A stretch of DNA of 64,000 nucleotides from Gammaproteobacteria bacterium (GTDB lineage Bacteria; Pseudomonadota; Gammaproteobacteria; Eutrophobiales; Eutrophobiaceae): contig CBDCTH010000012.1 of assembly GCA_965222155.1 (NCBI GenBank), positions 2,208,001 through 2,272,000 of the forward strand. Direction: 5' to 3'. A model generated the notes under the pieces. It did no database searches. It had not been told where the DNA came from and was given only the letters and a program-made list of their open reading frames with translations. Position numbers and translations under genes: made by a program. Below are positions 21,016-34,597 of the stretch, piece by piece; position 1 is the stretch's first letter, and each line of letters starts with the position of its first letter.

Positions 21016-21561
21016 ATGAAATACTTTTTTCCAATCATTCTGTTCGTTCTTTGCCAGGCCGCAGCCGCGGCGCCGTACACTATAGAGATCAGCAAGTCCG
21101 ACCGCATCCTGGAGGTCAAGCAAAACAAAAAAACCGTCAAGAAATACGATATTGCCCACGGCAGAGGCGGGAAAGGGGTCAAGATCCGCTCAGGAGATAA
21201 TAAAACTCCGACCGGAACATACCGTGCGATTGACTTCAAAACCAACAGTAAATTTCATTTTTTCATCCAATTAAATTATCCTAACCCGCTTGACGCCTGG
21301 CGCGGCTACCGGAATGACGTCATTTCCGGCGCCGAATTCAAACAAATCATCCAGGCCTATAAGAGGAAAAGTCTGCCGCCTCAGACTACCGGCCTGGGAG
21401 GCTATATCGGCATCCACGGTATCGGTCTGATGACTGCCGAAAAGAGCCGGATACACGAAGCACATAACTGGACGGAAGGCTGCATTGCTGTTAGAAACGA
21501 AGAGATAAACGAACTGAAAAAATATATCACCCTGGGGACGAAGGTAGTAATACGGGAATAG
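21016..21561 (+). CDS. L,D-transpeptidase (YkuD) family protein
   Basis: Signal peptide, GDNKTPTG, and IGIHG..WTEGCIA carrying the catalytic His and Cys. Confidence 0.9.
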   Translation: MKYFFPIILFVLCQAAAAAPYTIEISKSDRILEVKQNKKTVKKYDIAHGRGGKGVKIRSGDNKTPTGTYRAIDFKTNSKFHFFIQLNYPNPLDAWRGYRNDVISGAEFKQIIQAYKRKSLPPQTTGLGGYIGIHGIGLMTAEKSRIHEAHNWTEGCIAVRNEEINELKKYITLGTKVVIRE

Positions 21562-21601
21562 CCGGGCGATAATACCATGATTGAGTATATCTGGAGAAAC
21601 A

Positions 21602-22345
21602 ATGAAAAAAGGTGAACATCATTTATTGTTAGTGTGGTTAATGCTAATCAGCCTGATCGGTTTCGCTCTGTTTATTGCCCTGCACGAGAAGGTGCTACTG
21701 CTGCTTTACCTGGGCGACATCAGCAAATTATCCTGGGTCATTACCCTGCTGTTTGTCATCATCACGATTTACTGCGCGCGTCGGGTCTATTTTATTTCCA
21801 GGGAAATTAATATCTCAGAGAAGGTGAATGCCCTGGCCAGGCGGCATGAACTTTTAATCAGGGACGGTGAGATTTATCTGGATGCGGCAGAAAAGCTCCC
21901 CGACTGCCTGTTGACGCGCTACCTGTTGGACCTGTTCTACCAGGCAAAGTCGACTTCTGCAAGAGATGTGGAACCTGAAAACAATTCGATCAATACAAAC
22001 AACCAGGAACTGATCGAGGTTTTTGAGGCAAAACTCAAGAACCCCCATAACCTGGGCTGGTTCTTTACGGATATCATGATCAAGCTGGGCCTGCTGGGTA
22101 CGATTATCGGTTTTGTACTCATGCTCGGTTCCGTGGTGAACGTGACGGACTTTGATGTGAATACCATGCAGAACATACTGAAACAAATGAGTTCGGGTAT
22201 GGGCACCGCCCTGTATACGACGTTTGCAGGGCTGGTATGCAGTATATTGACAGCTGCCCAGTTCTATTTGCTGGACCAGGCTGCCGATGAACTGGTTGAT
22301 ACCACAAAGCACCTGACCCAGATTCATATACTGCCCAGGTTATGA
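21602..22345 (+). CDS. MotA/TolQ/ExbB proton-channel family protein
   Basis: LGLLGTIIGF..GMGTALYTTFAGL helical hairpin, plus two N-terminal TMs. Confidence 0.85.
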   Translation: MKKGEHHLLLVWLMLISLIGFALFIALHEKVLLLLYLGDISKLSWVITLLFVIITIYCARRVYFISREINISEKVNALARRHELLIRDGEIYLDAAEKLPDCLLTRYLLDLFYQAKSTSARDVEPENNSINTNNQELIEVFEAKLKNPHNLGWFFTDIMIKLGLLGTIIGFVLMLGSVVNVTDFDVNTMQNILKQMSSGMGTALYTTFAGLVCSILTAAQFYLLDQAADELVDTTKHLTQIHILPRL

Positions 22346-22358
22346 TCCATTTAACATT

Positions 22359-22487
22359 GCCACAGAGGACACAGAGGAAGACAATATGAATGACTGTAAA
22401 GTAACAATAAGCGTGCATTCCATCCAAAGCTGCCGGGGACAGATTTAAAATCTGTCCCCTTTCTGTGAACTCTGTGTTCTCTGTGGC
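22359..22487. repeat. Composite repeat: 18-bp IR (GCCACAGAGGACACAGAG) enclosing a GGGGACAGATTTAAAATCTGTCCCC palindrome
   Basis: Arms 22359-22376 and 22470-22487 match at 17 of 18 positions; the palindrome is at 22435-22459. Confidence 0.8.
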
Positions 22488-22499
22488 TGAAATCCTTCC

Positions 22500-23093
22500 G
22501 TGAAAAATAACAACCGTTATCAATCGGATCCGTTTACGGATCTGCTGTTCAATGCCTTGCTGGGGTTTACCTTCCTGTTCCTCGTTGCAATCATGTTTAT
22601 GAACCCTGAGGCGAAATCGGGAATCATCGACCCCAAGGCAGAATACATCCTTACCATAACCTGGGAAGACAACAGTCCCGATGACATTGACGTCTGGGTG
22701 GAAGACCCCGACGGCAGGGTGATCTGGTTTCGCAACCCGGAAGCCGGCCTGCTCCACCTGGACCGCGATGACAGGGGATTGATCAACGATACGATTGTGG
22801 TTAACGGTGAAGAACTGCAAAATCCCCTCAACCAGGAAGTAGTGACGATTCGGGGTGTCGTAAAAGGTGAGTACATCGTCAACCTGCATTATTATGCCAC
22901 TGAAACCGAGGAACCCGTCGATGTACAGGTGCGTCTGGCGAAAGTCAATCCTACCCTGGAGATTGTCTATTACGATACGATCTCCCTGGATAAAATAGGG
23001 GATGAAAAAACGGCTTTCCGGTTCCGGATCAACATCGACGGGAAAATATCAAATATAAACTTTTTACCCAAGCAACTGGTCTCTATCGGATAG
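22500..23093 (+). CDS. ExbD/MotB-like single-TM protein with a periplasmic beta-rich domain
   Basis: PFTDLLF TM carrying an Asp; DDIDVWVEDPDG..LDRDDRG..GEYIVNLHYY (YfaP-like). Confidence 0.7.
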   Translation: MKNNNRYQSDPFTDLLFNALLGFTFLFLVAIMFMNPEAKSGIIDPKAEYILTITWEDNSPDDIDVWVEDPDGRVIWFRNPEAGLLHLDRDDRGLINDTIVVNGEELQNPLNQEVVTIRGVVKGEYIVNLHYYATETEEPVDVQVRLAKVNPTLEIVYYDTISLDKIGDEKTAFRFRINIDGKISNINFLPKQLVSIG

Positions 23094-23145
23094 AAAACAG
23101 GTGCTCCCGTTAAATCGAGTTCAATACAATGATTTTTACAAGACA

Positions 23146-23251
23146 GGGGGGGACAGATTTAAATCTGTCCCCCAAGTTCCCGCTGGGAGGGAGGGCGTCT
23201 CGCCCTCCACGAAGGCAGGATGCCCTCGATCCCGGCAGTTGGCGGGAACTG
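23146..23251 (+). repeat. Composite palindromic repeat, family A
   Basis: GGGGACAGATTTAAATCTGTCCCC, a GGAGGGCGTCTCGCCCTCC hairpin, then GGCAGGATGCCCTCGATCCCGG..GCGGGAAC. Confidence 0.85.
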
Positions 23252-23295
23252 CTTGATAGAGAAAAAAGTCACACAAAGCACAGAGGAGAATCATC

Positions 23296-23814
23296 GTGTA
23301 TATACTGGGAATAACCGGGCTGGTCGCCGCCTACATCCTGGTTGCGTTGCTGCTGTTGAGTATCAACCTGTATTCCGACTGGTCCTGGAAAGTCAAGGCC
23401 GGTTGCATAGTCGTAACTACGCTCCTGTACGTTGTCACTTATCTGTCCTTTCCCCCGTTGCTTGGCTGGCCGACCGGAACACAACCTCCTGAACGCTTTC
23501 GCCTGATCGGCGCGGACATAGTACAACCGGATAAATCGACGGGCGCTGAGGGAATGATTTACCTGTGGCTTAAAGACATGGATGATCTATCGGGCCGGAC
23601 CCAGCCCAGGGCTTATAAACTGACTTATTCCGCGCACCTCCATGAAATAGTGATCGCGGCAAAATCAAAACTGAATAAAGGCATGCAGCAACTGGGCGAG
23701 TTCAAACTGCCTGCTGATGCCAATATCCGGGAAGTGGACACTCGCCGGGGCGGCCAGAAAAGCGTTGAAATTGAATTCTATGACCTTCCTGACCCGCTCA
23801 TCCCGGATAAATAA
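23296..23814 (+). CDS. Hypothetical two-TM membrane protein, third gene of the ExbB-like trio
   Basis: GAGGAG RBS, GTG start, two TMs, then GWP and a soluble domain. Confidence 0.7.
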   Translation: MYILGITGLVAAYILVALLLLSINLYSDWSWKVKAGCIVVTTLLYVVTYLSFPPLLGWPTGTQPPERFRLIGADIVQPDKSTGAEGMIYLWLKDMDDLSGRTQPRAYKLTYSAHLHEIVIAAKSKLNKGMQQLGEFKLPADANIREVDTRRGGQKSVEIEFYDLPDPLIPDK

Positions 23815-23821
23815 ATCCAGG

Positions 23822-24685
23822 CTAACCACCAATCCCGTGCATTGTACCAGGTACGACGTAGCGAAGCATATATATGAGCCCAACCCCCATGAGAAAGGAC
23901 ACCATGAGCTTGACACGGTCATGGCTATGGAAATGAACTTCCGGCAACAGGTCGCTCAGTGATATACACAGGAACGCCCCGGCCGCAAAAGCCAATGCAC
24001 AACCGAGCACCAGCCCTTCCGATTGACCGAGCAGTCCCACGCCCCAGAAAGTCAGGAACGCCACTATCGGGCAGATCAGGGCAAATACTATATTAGCCAA
24101 CGTGCGTAGACGGCGGCTGAACCCTGCGGCCTGCATGGTACCGGTGACGGAAAGCGCATCAAGGGGCTTGTGCGTCAGTATCGCCAGAAACACCCCAAAT
24201 CCTACCAGGCCGGCCTGGTCTCCCTGGGGCAAACCGGCCCGGATACTGGCGCCCAGGGCAACTCCTTCGGTCAAGGTATGTAATCCCAGACCCAATGCGA
24301 TACCGAACCAACTCAACGGATGCGCCGTGTCTTCGCCGTGGTGATCATGTGCGTGAATAGTTGCGCCCGTATCACTGAAGTCATGCTGGTGAAAATGGAA
24401 GAAGCGCAGCAACAACACCATCATTACTATGCCCGACATCAACCACGACCCGACTGTATCAACGGCGTGCTCGCCGGGAATCTCAGCCAAACTAGCGGGC
24501 AGGAGATGAAACAGGGCGACGCTGAGCATGAGTCCCGCAACAAATGTCATCGCTACCTGGGTGCGTGTATGAGTCATCCGGAAGACGGACGGCAACCAAC
24601 CTCCCAGCAATGAAGCGGCCATAATGGTGACGGAATATCCCGCCAGCAGTAACAGAAAGTCAGAATGATCCATGATGGCTAACAA
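23822..24685 (-). CDS. ZIP-family metal transporter
   Basis: HTLTEGVALG, HKPLD, SDLLPEVH and a His-rich loop. Confidence 0.9.
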   Translation of the reverse strand: MLAIMDHSDFLLLLAGYSVTIMAASLLGGWLPSVFRMTHTRTQVAMTFVAGLMLSVALFHLLPASLAEIPGEHAVDTVGSWLMSGIVMMVLLLRFFHFHQHDFSDTGATIHAHDHHGEDTAHPLSWFGIALGLGLHTLTEGVALGASIRAGLPQGDQAGLVGFGVFLAILTHKPLDALSVTGTMQAAGFSRRLRTLANIVFALICPIVAFLTFWGVGLLGQSEGLVLGCALAFAAGAFLCISLSDLLPEVHFHSHDRVKLMVSFLMGVGLIYMLRYVVPGTMHGIGG

Positions 24686-24872
24686 TTCTCCCCGTAATCG
24701 CCTGCCCTTTCATTGTAACCATCCGGGCGAGCATAGACTCTTAAACCGCGAAAAACCAACGCCGCAACAACCTTGATTTCAAATAAAGACATGCTGGTGG
24801 ATACTTGGCCCATCCGCGAACATAGCCAGAATAACACTCGTTTTTCACACCAAACACCTCAAAATAAACCAT

Positions 24873-27122
24873 TTAAAATGAAAGGGTTAAGCCGAATATA
24901 CCCGAACGCCCCGGCAATGGAGCCTGTTCTTTTGCAAAAGATGTATGGCGGCGACTTTCATCATCCAGCAGGTTGCTGGCGCGGGCAAACAGGGTTACGT
25001 CATTGTCGGCAAGACTGATACGGTAACTGGCATAAAGGTTCAGTGAATCATAACCGGCCGTTTCAGTTTCCAACGGCGCTGTGTCATTCTGTTTATTCAC
25101 ACGGGTATAGCTCATGGACGCATACCAGGGATCCCGTGAATAAGTCAGTCCCGCGCCGAAACGCCAGGGAGTGATGCGCGGCAGGTTGCTATTATCACTG
25201 CGTTCACCTTCCACGTAGTCTATCCACAGGCGTGCATCCAGAACGCCGCTGCTGCCAGCCAGAACATGTACAACGCCCTCCAGTTCAAACCCCATGAAGT
25301 CCGCATCGTCCTGGCTTTGCACTACGAGCAGTGGTTCACCATCTTCCTCCGGGTCCAGGATGTGGGCCGGATCACCATCAAAGTCTTCTTCCACCCGATC
25401 AGCAACAGCGTCGCCGTTCAGGTCCTGTTCCTTCAGGAATATGAAATCATCAATACGGTTATAGAACAAGTTGGCCGTAAGGGTGAGTTTTCCCATCGTC
25501 TTGCGCCAGAAAAAATCAAAATTGGTGGACTTTTCCTTGCCCAGGCCGTAATCGCCAAGCTCAAACGTCCTTGTTGCAAGATGCGGACCTTCCGCATACA
25601 ACTCCTCCAGGGAGGGCGCGCGTTGCGCATGGGTAATCACCATACCCACTTCATAACCTGCAGTATAGCCCCAGTTCACACCAGCGGAAATGCTGAACAG
25701 CTCATGACTCGTCCCTACACCGGTATCTGCACTGGTTTCCTGGTATTCGTACCTGGCGCCGAATTCCGTATGCCACTTGCCCAGGTCGCCTTTTTCCAGC
25801 AGGAATGCAGCAACGGTCTCCATCTTTGACGGCAGGACAAAGCTCTCTTCACCCAGCGCGGCAAAGTCCTTGTTACGATACTGGAGACCAAAAGCCCCTT
25901 GCCACCTGCCGACCGGGTGATGCACAATCTCGACGCGGCCTTCCACTTCATCGTTGTCAAATGCGCTGCCTACCTCACCGCTTGCCTCCAGTTCATCATG
26001 GTTATAGTCGTTATAAGTCCAGCGTGTCCTGATCCGGTGTATACCGGTAAAAGGTTCGTCAATGTCCGCCTCGAAGTCATAACGCGTTGAGCCCAGGTCT
26101 ATACGTGCAGCGCCTTCTCCCCCATGATGCTCTTCCTCTCCTCCTTCCTCATGATGGCCTTCTTCCTCGCCTTCATCCTCGTGATGATCGTCCTCATCTT
26201 CCTCCCCTTCTTCACCATGATGATGGCTCCCCGGTATGCCATAGTTGCTGTCAAGCCGACTCACGGCAAGGCCGATGAACCCACGCTCACCGATCCAGGA
26301 TACCCCTGCAGATACATTCTCCGTTTCAATACTGCTGTTTTCCAGGACGCCTTTCTCCATATCCTCATCAGTGTCCTGGTCCAACTCGGCATAGCCGGGG
26401 ATATCGTAATCATCGGTATCACGCTTCATACCATCGACATGAACGGCAAAATTGCCCGTTCCGAAATTGATGCTGGCGGCGCCGTTGACTCCATCGGAAA
26501 CGGTTTCGTATTGTATCGACATATCGCCTTCCGGAGTTTCCGGAACGTATTTGAGAATCCGATCATTCACGACGTTCACCACGCCGCCGCTGGCGCCACT
26601 GCCGTAAAGCAAGGTTGCAGGACCACGAAATATCTCAACCTGGCGCGCAAACGCCGGTTCAGTTGGAACCGCATGGTCGGCGCTCATATTGGCCACGTCC
26701 AGGGTGCTGATACCGTTTTCCAATACGCTTACCCGACTTCCGGCCAGGCCGCGGATGACAGGACGCCCCGCGGCCGCGCCGAAATCACTGGAACTCACAC
26801 CCAGTTCATTGGCGACCGTTTCACCGATGTTACGGATACTACGGGATTTTAATTCTTCTTTTGTCAGGACCTGGACGGGTCGCATCAGGTGACCCTCAAC
26901 GTCACCCAAGGGATCGGCAGTGACGATGATCTCATCTATATATTCATAACCGTCAAGCGTATGTTCGTGCTCAGATGATGTGAGCGCGCTACCAGCAGGT
27001 GTATGCCTGTGACCGTCTTGTGTTTGCCCGTGACCAGCCGCTTCGTCGGCAACCAGAAACGGCGCATGAATGCCCGTGGCGATGATAAGCTGGGCTATAG
27101 AAATTAAATTGAACCTATGCAT
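24873..27122 (-). CDS. TonB-dependent receptor, ZnuD-like
   Basis: EIIVTADP, RPVIRG, VEIFRGPATLLYGSGA, a His/Glu-rich loop and a C-terminal Phe. Confidence 0.9.
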   Translation of the reverse strand: MHRFNLISIAQLIIATGIHAPFLVADEAAGHGQTQDGHRHTPAGSALTSSEHEHTLDGYEYIDEIIVTADPLGDVEGHLMRPVQVLTKEELKSRSIRNIGETVANELGVSSSDFGAAAGRPVIRGLAGSRVSVLENGISTLDVANMSADHAVPTEPAFARQVEIFRGPATLLYGSGASGGVVNVVNDRILKYVPETPEGDMSIQYETVSDGVNGAASINFGTGNFAVHVDGMKRDTDDYDIPGYAELDQDTDEDMEKGVLENSSIETENVSAGVSWIGERGFIGLAVSRLDSNYGIPGSHHHGEEGEEDEDDHHEDEGEEEGHHEEGGEEEHHGGEGAARIDLGSTRYDFEADIDEPFTGIHRIRTRWTYNDYNHDELEASGEVGSAFDNDEVEGRVEIVHHPVGRWQGAFGLQYRNKDFAALGEESFVLPSKMETVAAFLLEKGDLGKWHTEFGARYEYQETSADTGVGTSHELFSISAGVNWGYTAGYEVGMVITHAQRAPSLEELYAEGPHLATRTFELGDYGLGKEKSTNFDFFWRKTMGKLTLTANLFYNRIDDFIFLKEQDLNGDAVADRVEEDFDGDPAHILDPEEDGEPLLVVQSQDDADFMGFELEGVVHVLAGSSGVLDARLWIDYVEGERSDNSNLPRITPWRFGAGLTYSRDPWYASMSYTRVNKQNDTAPLETETAGYDSLNLYASYRISLADNDVTLFARASNLLDDESRRHTSFAKEQAPLPGRSGIFGLTLSF

Positions 27123-27216
27123 CTGATATCTCCCTATAACAATTCATAACAATTCAAGAATAACGCCAGACGTTATTCAGATAAATGAACCTGGAACGTT
27201 ATACGGGAGATAATGG

Positions 27217-27340
27217 AGGGGACAGTTCCCGCTAACTCCCAGGATCGAGGCCATCCTGCCCTCATGGAGGGCGAGACGCCCTCCTTCCCAGGTAAACAGA
27301 CCCCTTGGGAACTCGGGGGACAGATTTAAATCTGTCCCCC
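27217..27340 (-). repeat. Composite palindromic repeat, family A (inverted relative to 23146-23251)
   Basis: The reverse complement aligns with the 23146 copy apart from a short insertion and a few substitutions. Confidence 0.85.
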
Positions 27341-27344
27341 TGTC

Positions 27345-27425
27345 CCGAATCCGGCGCCACGTAGGCATGGCCCCAGCGGTTGAGGATAATCCCCCATTGA
27401 GAAAGTCACGCCGGGTTATTTTCAT
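27345..27425 (-). pseudogene. 5' remnant of a Tat-exported oxidoreductase gene
   Basis: MKITRRDFLNGGLS twin-arginine leader runs straight into the repeat. Confidence 0.6.
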
Positions 27426-27488
27426 CGTGGATTGCGCATCTTCTTTCAGGCCGGATATTGCGCCAGCCGGGTCGCCATCGGTGGCCGG

Positions 27489-27956
27489 CTACTTAATCAG
27501 GGCAACGGCATGGACGGCAATGCCTTCCCGGTTGCCGATAAAGCCCATTTTCTCATTGGTGGTCGCCTTGATGTTAATGGCGTCCCCCGTTACGGCCAGG
27601 TCGGTGGCGAGGTTGTTTTTCATGGCATCGATATAAGGAGCCATTTTGGGTGCTTCCGCGATGATGGTGATGTCGGCATTGACCAGCGCAAAGGATTTTT
27701 GCGCCAGCAATGCGTACACTCGTCGCAATAAAATCCTGCTGTCGATGTTTTTGAAACCCTTGCTGGTGTCCGGAAAATGCGCGCCGATGTCGCCCAGCGC
27801 GGCGGCGCCCAGTAAGGCATCGCATAACGCGTGGATGACGACATCCCCGTCGGAATGCGCAAGCAGACCCTGGTCATGGGGAACGTTGACGCCGCCAAGC
27901 ACCAGCGGACGTCCGCCGACAAACCGGTGGGTATCATAACCGTGACCTATTCTCAT
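27489..27956 (-). CDS. ispF: 2-C-methyl-D-erythritol 2,4-cyclodiphosphate synthase
   Basis: [16 protein letters not shown] and [11 protein letters not shown]. Confidence 0.97.
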   Translation of the reverse strand: MRIGHGYDTHRFVGGRPLVLGGVNVPHDQGLLAHSDGDVVIHALCDALLGAAALGDIGAHFPDTSKGFKNIDSRILLRRVYALLAQKSFALVNADITIIAEAPKMAPYIDAMKNNLATDLAVTGDAINIKATTNEKMGFIGNREGIAVHAVALIK

Positions 27957-27994
27957 TGTTTTCTCGCTTGTTCTGTCATGCAACTTCCGGTTTT

Positions 27995-28693
27995 TCAGTG
28001 TTTCCTTAAATAATATTCCGCCAGGGCCAGGTCCTCCGTCAAGGATACTTTGATATTGTGGGGACCTCCCTGCACTATTCCCGGCCGGTAACCCCTGTGC
28101 TCCAGAGCCTGGGCTTCGTCCGTGACAAGCAGGTTGTCAGCGACGGCCTGGGCAATCGCTTCCTGCAACAGGCCCAGCCGGAACATTTGCGGCGTCAGGG
28201 CGCGCCACAACCGTTCGCGCTCCAGCGTCGCCTGGATTTCATGATCCTGTCCTGCCTGTTTCACCGTATCCCGGACCGGCACAGCCAGAATACCACCGAC
28301 GGGATGATCCCTGAGTCCGGTGATGAGCTGATCTATGTCGGCTGCCGTTACACAGGGTCTGGCTGCATCGTGCACCAGCACCCAGTCATCGTTACCGGCA
28401 ATTTCCGCGATACGCTTGAGCCCGTTCAATACGGAATGACAGCGTTCCCTGCCGCCGGGCGCCCTGACGATTCCGGCGTGACCGGACAGCGCCAGGGTCG
28501 GCCAGTATTCATCGTCATCCGCCACGACCACGGCAATGCCCTTGATCTGCGGATGCTCGCAAAAAGGCAGCAGGCTGTGTTCAAGGACGGTCCGGTTCAA
28601 AAGCTTAAGGTATTGTTTGGGCTTGTCCGAGCCCATACGCCGACCGATACCGGCCGCCGGGATAACAGCCCAGAAATTCGCTTGTCCCGTCAC
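27995..28693 (-). CDS. ispD: MEP cytidylyltransferase
   Basis: [15 protein letters not shown] and VLVHDAARP; conserved synteny. Confidence 0.97.
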   Translation of the reverse strand: MTGQANFWAVIPAAGIGRRMGSDKPKQYLKLLNRTVLEHSLLPFCEHPQIKGIAVVVADDDEYWPTLALSGHAGIVRAPGGRERCHSVLNGLKRIAEIAGNDDWVLVHDAARPCVTAADIDQLITGLRDHPVGGILAVPVRDTVKQAGQDHEIQATLERERLWRALTPQMFRLGLLQEAIAQAVADNLLVTDEAQALEHRGYRPGIVQGGPHNIKVSLTEDLALAEYYLRKH

Positions 28694-29025
28694 AGCGAAG
28701 CAACCGGTGGTTCAGGCAAAGGTTCGGGCAGCAAGTCCTGGTGGGCCGTCTCCGTGCTTTCGATAATCTGGTAGAACATCTCATCGGATTTAATCATGCC
28801 CATATCACTCCTGGCGCGTTCTTCAACTGCCTCCAGGCCATGTTTGAGGTCGATGACTTCGGCAGCCAGGGCATCATTTCTTTCCCGGAGCCGTTCATTT
28901 TCACCGATCAATTCCTGCTTTGTATTGCCGAGTCCGTTGACATCGGGCATCCCGCCGGGACTGAACCAGAGGCGGTATTGCAACAGCGCCAGTAATGCCA
29001 GCAGGATGATGATCAAGGGCTTCAT
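28690..29025 (-). CDS. ftsB: Cell division protein FtsB
   Basis: LQYRLW and EERARSDMGMIK; lies between eno and ispD. Confidence 0.93.
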   Translation of the reverse strand: MKPLIIILLALLALLQYRLWFSPGGMPDVNGLGNTKQELIGENERLRERNDALAAEVIDLKHGLEAVEERARSDMGMIKSDEMFYQIIESTETAHQDLLPEPLPEPPVASL

Positions 29026-29084
29026 CTCAGCCGCAGAGTAAAAACTGCTCCGGGCGATCTGCCGGCATGGGCCGGAATGGCGAT

Positions 29085-31204
<2,120 letters not shown>

Positions 31205-31206
31205 TT

Positions 31207-32898
<1,692 letters not shown>

Positions 32899-33022
32899 TC
32901 ACATGCAGGCACCTGGATATAAGTGATGCATGGACAACAGTGTTGTAACTCGTACATAGGCTGGAGCGGTATACTAACACACAACCGCATCCGGTGAAAT
33001 GCCTGCCAATGAGGCCGCCGCA

Positions 33023-33205
33023 TTAATGCGGCGGAATTCCGATAAGGACAGGGCCGAAAGCGTCTGTGGCCCTTTGAAATTTGTCCTCTCCGCTAAAATG
33101 CCTGTTCAAAACCACCGGTGTTACACTGGCCCAGACACGTGACGGCTTGGTCCATGTGTACGGGATAAGATTTTTCGGCGGACGTTCACGCGTTTCCAGT
33201 TCCAA
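33023..33205 (-). pseudogene. csb2: Internal fragment of type I-G (I-U) Csb2 (Cas5-Cas6 fusion)
   Basis: ELETRERPPKNLIPYTWTKPSRVWASVTPVVLNRHF matches the Csb2 W..PS..WASVTP.VL.RH motif, as recalled from memory. Confidence 0.7.
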
Positions 33206-33224
33206 TATGTATTTTTCTTGTTCG

Positions 33225-33333
33225 CGCCGCCACCTACCTTATCATGCTGTGCGCCCTGTTCTTCCTGGGCGGCGGCAGGTACGTCAGCCCGGATTACTGG
33301 ATCAGGCGCCGATACAATCCCGGCGGGCCGTAG
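33225..33333 (+). pseudogene. 3' remnant of a DoxX-family membrane protein
   Basis: Hand translation AATYLIMLCALFFLGGGRYVSPDYWIRRR..* fits the DoxX GGG.YS.D tail. Confidence 0.6.
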
Positions 33334-33402
33334 GAACACCTCAACCACAAAACGGTCATTTATCTCCTGCGCCCTTCCGGCAGCGTCGGGAGGGTGGGAT
33401 TT

Positions 33403-33441
33403 ATTTGAGTATTTTAAAGTTGTAGTTTAAAATACTCAAAT
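33403..33441. promoter_or_regulatory. Perfect 16-bp inverted repeat overlapping the ATPase start codon
   Basis: ATTTGAGTATTTTAAA-N7-TTTAAAATACTCAAAT. Confidence 0.7.
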
Positions 33442-34597
33442 GTCTTATATCCCTCGAACAGCAGCGACACAGCTCCGTAAAGCTGCAAGAAACTTTCCTG
33501 CCGTCTTGTTGACGGGGCCTCGACAATGCGGGAAAACCACCTTGCTGAAGCATGTTTTTCCGAAGGCAAACTATATCCTGCTCGAAGACCCGGATGTAAT
33601 AGCCCGGGTTAACAGCGACCCTCGGGGATTTCTTGATGAATTGAAGACTCCGGTAATCCTGGATGAGATACAGAATACGCCGACATTATTGGGATACGTC
33701 CGGACGCGTATCGATACTGCTCCCGGCCGCAAGGGGCAATGGCTGCTAACCGGATCACAGGAGGCGCCGCTGATGCAGGGCGTATCCGAATCCATGGCCG
33801 GACGGGTAGCGGTATTGCAACTGTTTCCCCTGTCCATACTGGAAACCGACAAAGTCAGCGTATTGTATGGCGGTTACCCTGACATCGTCAAAAGGCCCTC
33901 CGTGGCGGACCTTTGGTTTCGATCGTACATACAGACTTACCTGGAGCGTGACGTGCGCGCCATCACGGCGATCAAAGACCTGAGCACGTTCAGGCGTTTC
34001 ATGGCGCTGTTGGCCTCCCGCCACGGCAGCATATTGAACAAGACAGATCTGGCTGCCCCGTTAGGCGTTTCAGTGCCCACAATTTCCTCATGGTTGAATA
34101 TACTCGAAATGACAGGACAGATAATCGTTGTCCCGCCATTTTACGAAAATTTCGGTAAGCGCCTGGTTAAATCACCCAAACTGTATTTCACCGATTCCGG
34201 CCTGGTTTGCCATTTGCTGGGTATCGACACTCTTACAACACTGCGCAAATCACCGTTTTACGGCATTTTGTTTGAAGGATTCGTCGCCGCGGAAGTTATC
34301 AAACACCAGGTCAACAGCGGCAAACGGAAAGAACTGTATTACTTTCGTGACCAGCAGGGACTGGAGGTTGATTTTGTCATACCACAAGGAGCGGGCGTCC
34401 TGTTACTCGTGGAAGCAAAGGTGACCAAAACACCGACTCCATCCATGGCTCAACCCCTGAGCCGCCTGTCCAGGGTGATTAACAGGTATCAAACCCGATC
34501 CATGTTAGTGCATAGCGGTTCAGAAATGACTGTGGGAAGTGTTGTAGCGCCTGGCGTATCGGCCGTTAGCCTGGCTTGTTTGTTGGGAGTTGTTTAG
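33440..34597 (+). CDS. AAA_14 + DUF4143 ATP-binding protein
   Basis: GPRQCGKT, LDEIQ, TGS, GGYP, KSPKLYFTDSGL and EVDFV..EAK. Confidence 0.9.
   Translation: MSYIPRTAATQLRKAARNFPAVLLTGPRQCGKTTLLKHVFPKANYILLEDPDVIARVNSDPRGFLDELKTPVILDEIQNTPTLLGYVRTRIDTAPGRKGQWLLTGSQEAPLMQGVSESMAGRVAVLQLFPLSILETDKVSVLYGGYPDIVKRPSVADLWFRSYIQTYLERDVRAITAIKDLSTFRRFMALLASRHGSILNKTDLAAPLGVSVPTISSWLNILEMTGQIIVVPPFYENFGKRLVKSPKLYFTDSGLVCHLLGIDTLTTLRKSPFYGILFEGFVAAEVIKHQVNSGKRKELYYFRDQQGLEVDFVIPQGAGVLLLVEAKVTKTPTPSMAQPLSRLSRVINRYQTRSMLVHSGSEMTVGSVVAPGVSAVSLACLLGVV

Noticed and set aside
21602-23814. Calling the ExbB-like trio a Zorya system
   Set aside because: There is no long ZorA tail, no OmpA-like domain in the partner and no ZorC/D/E genes.
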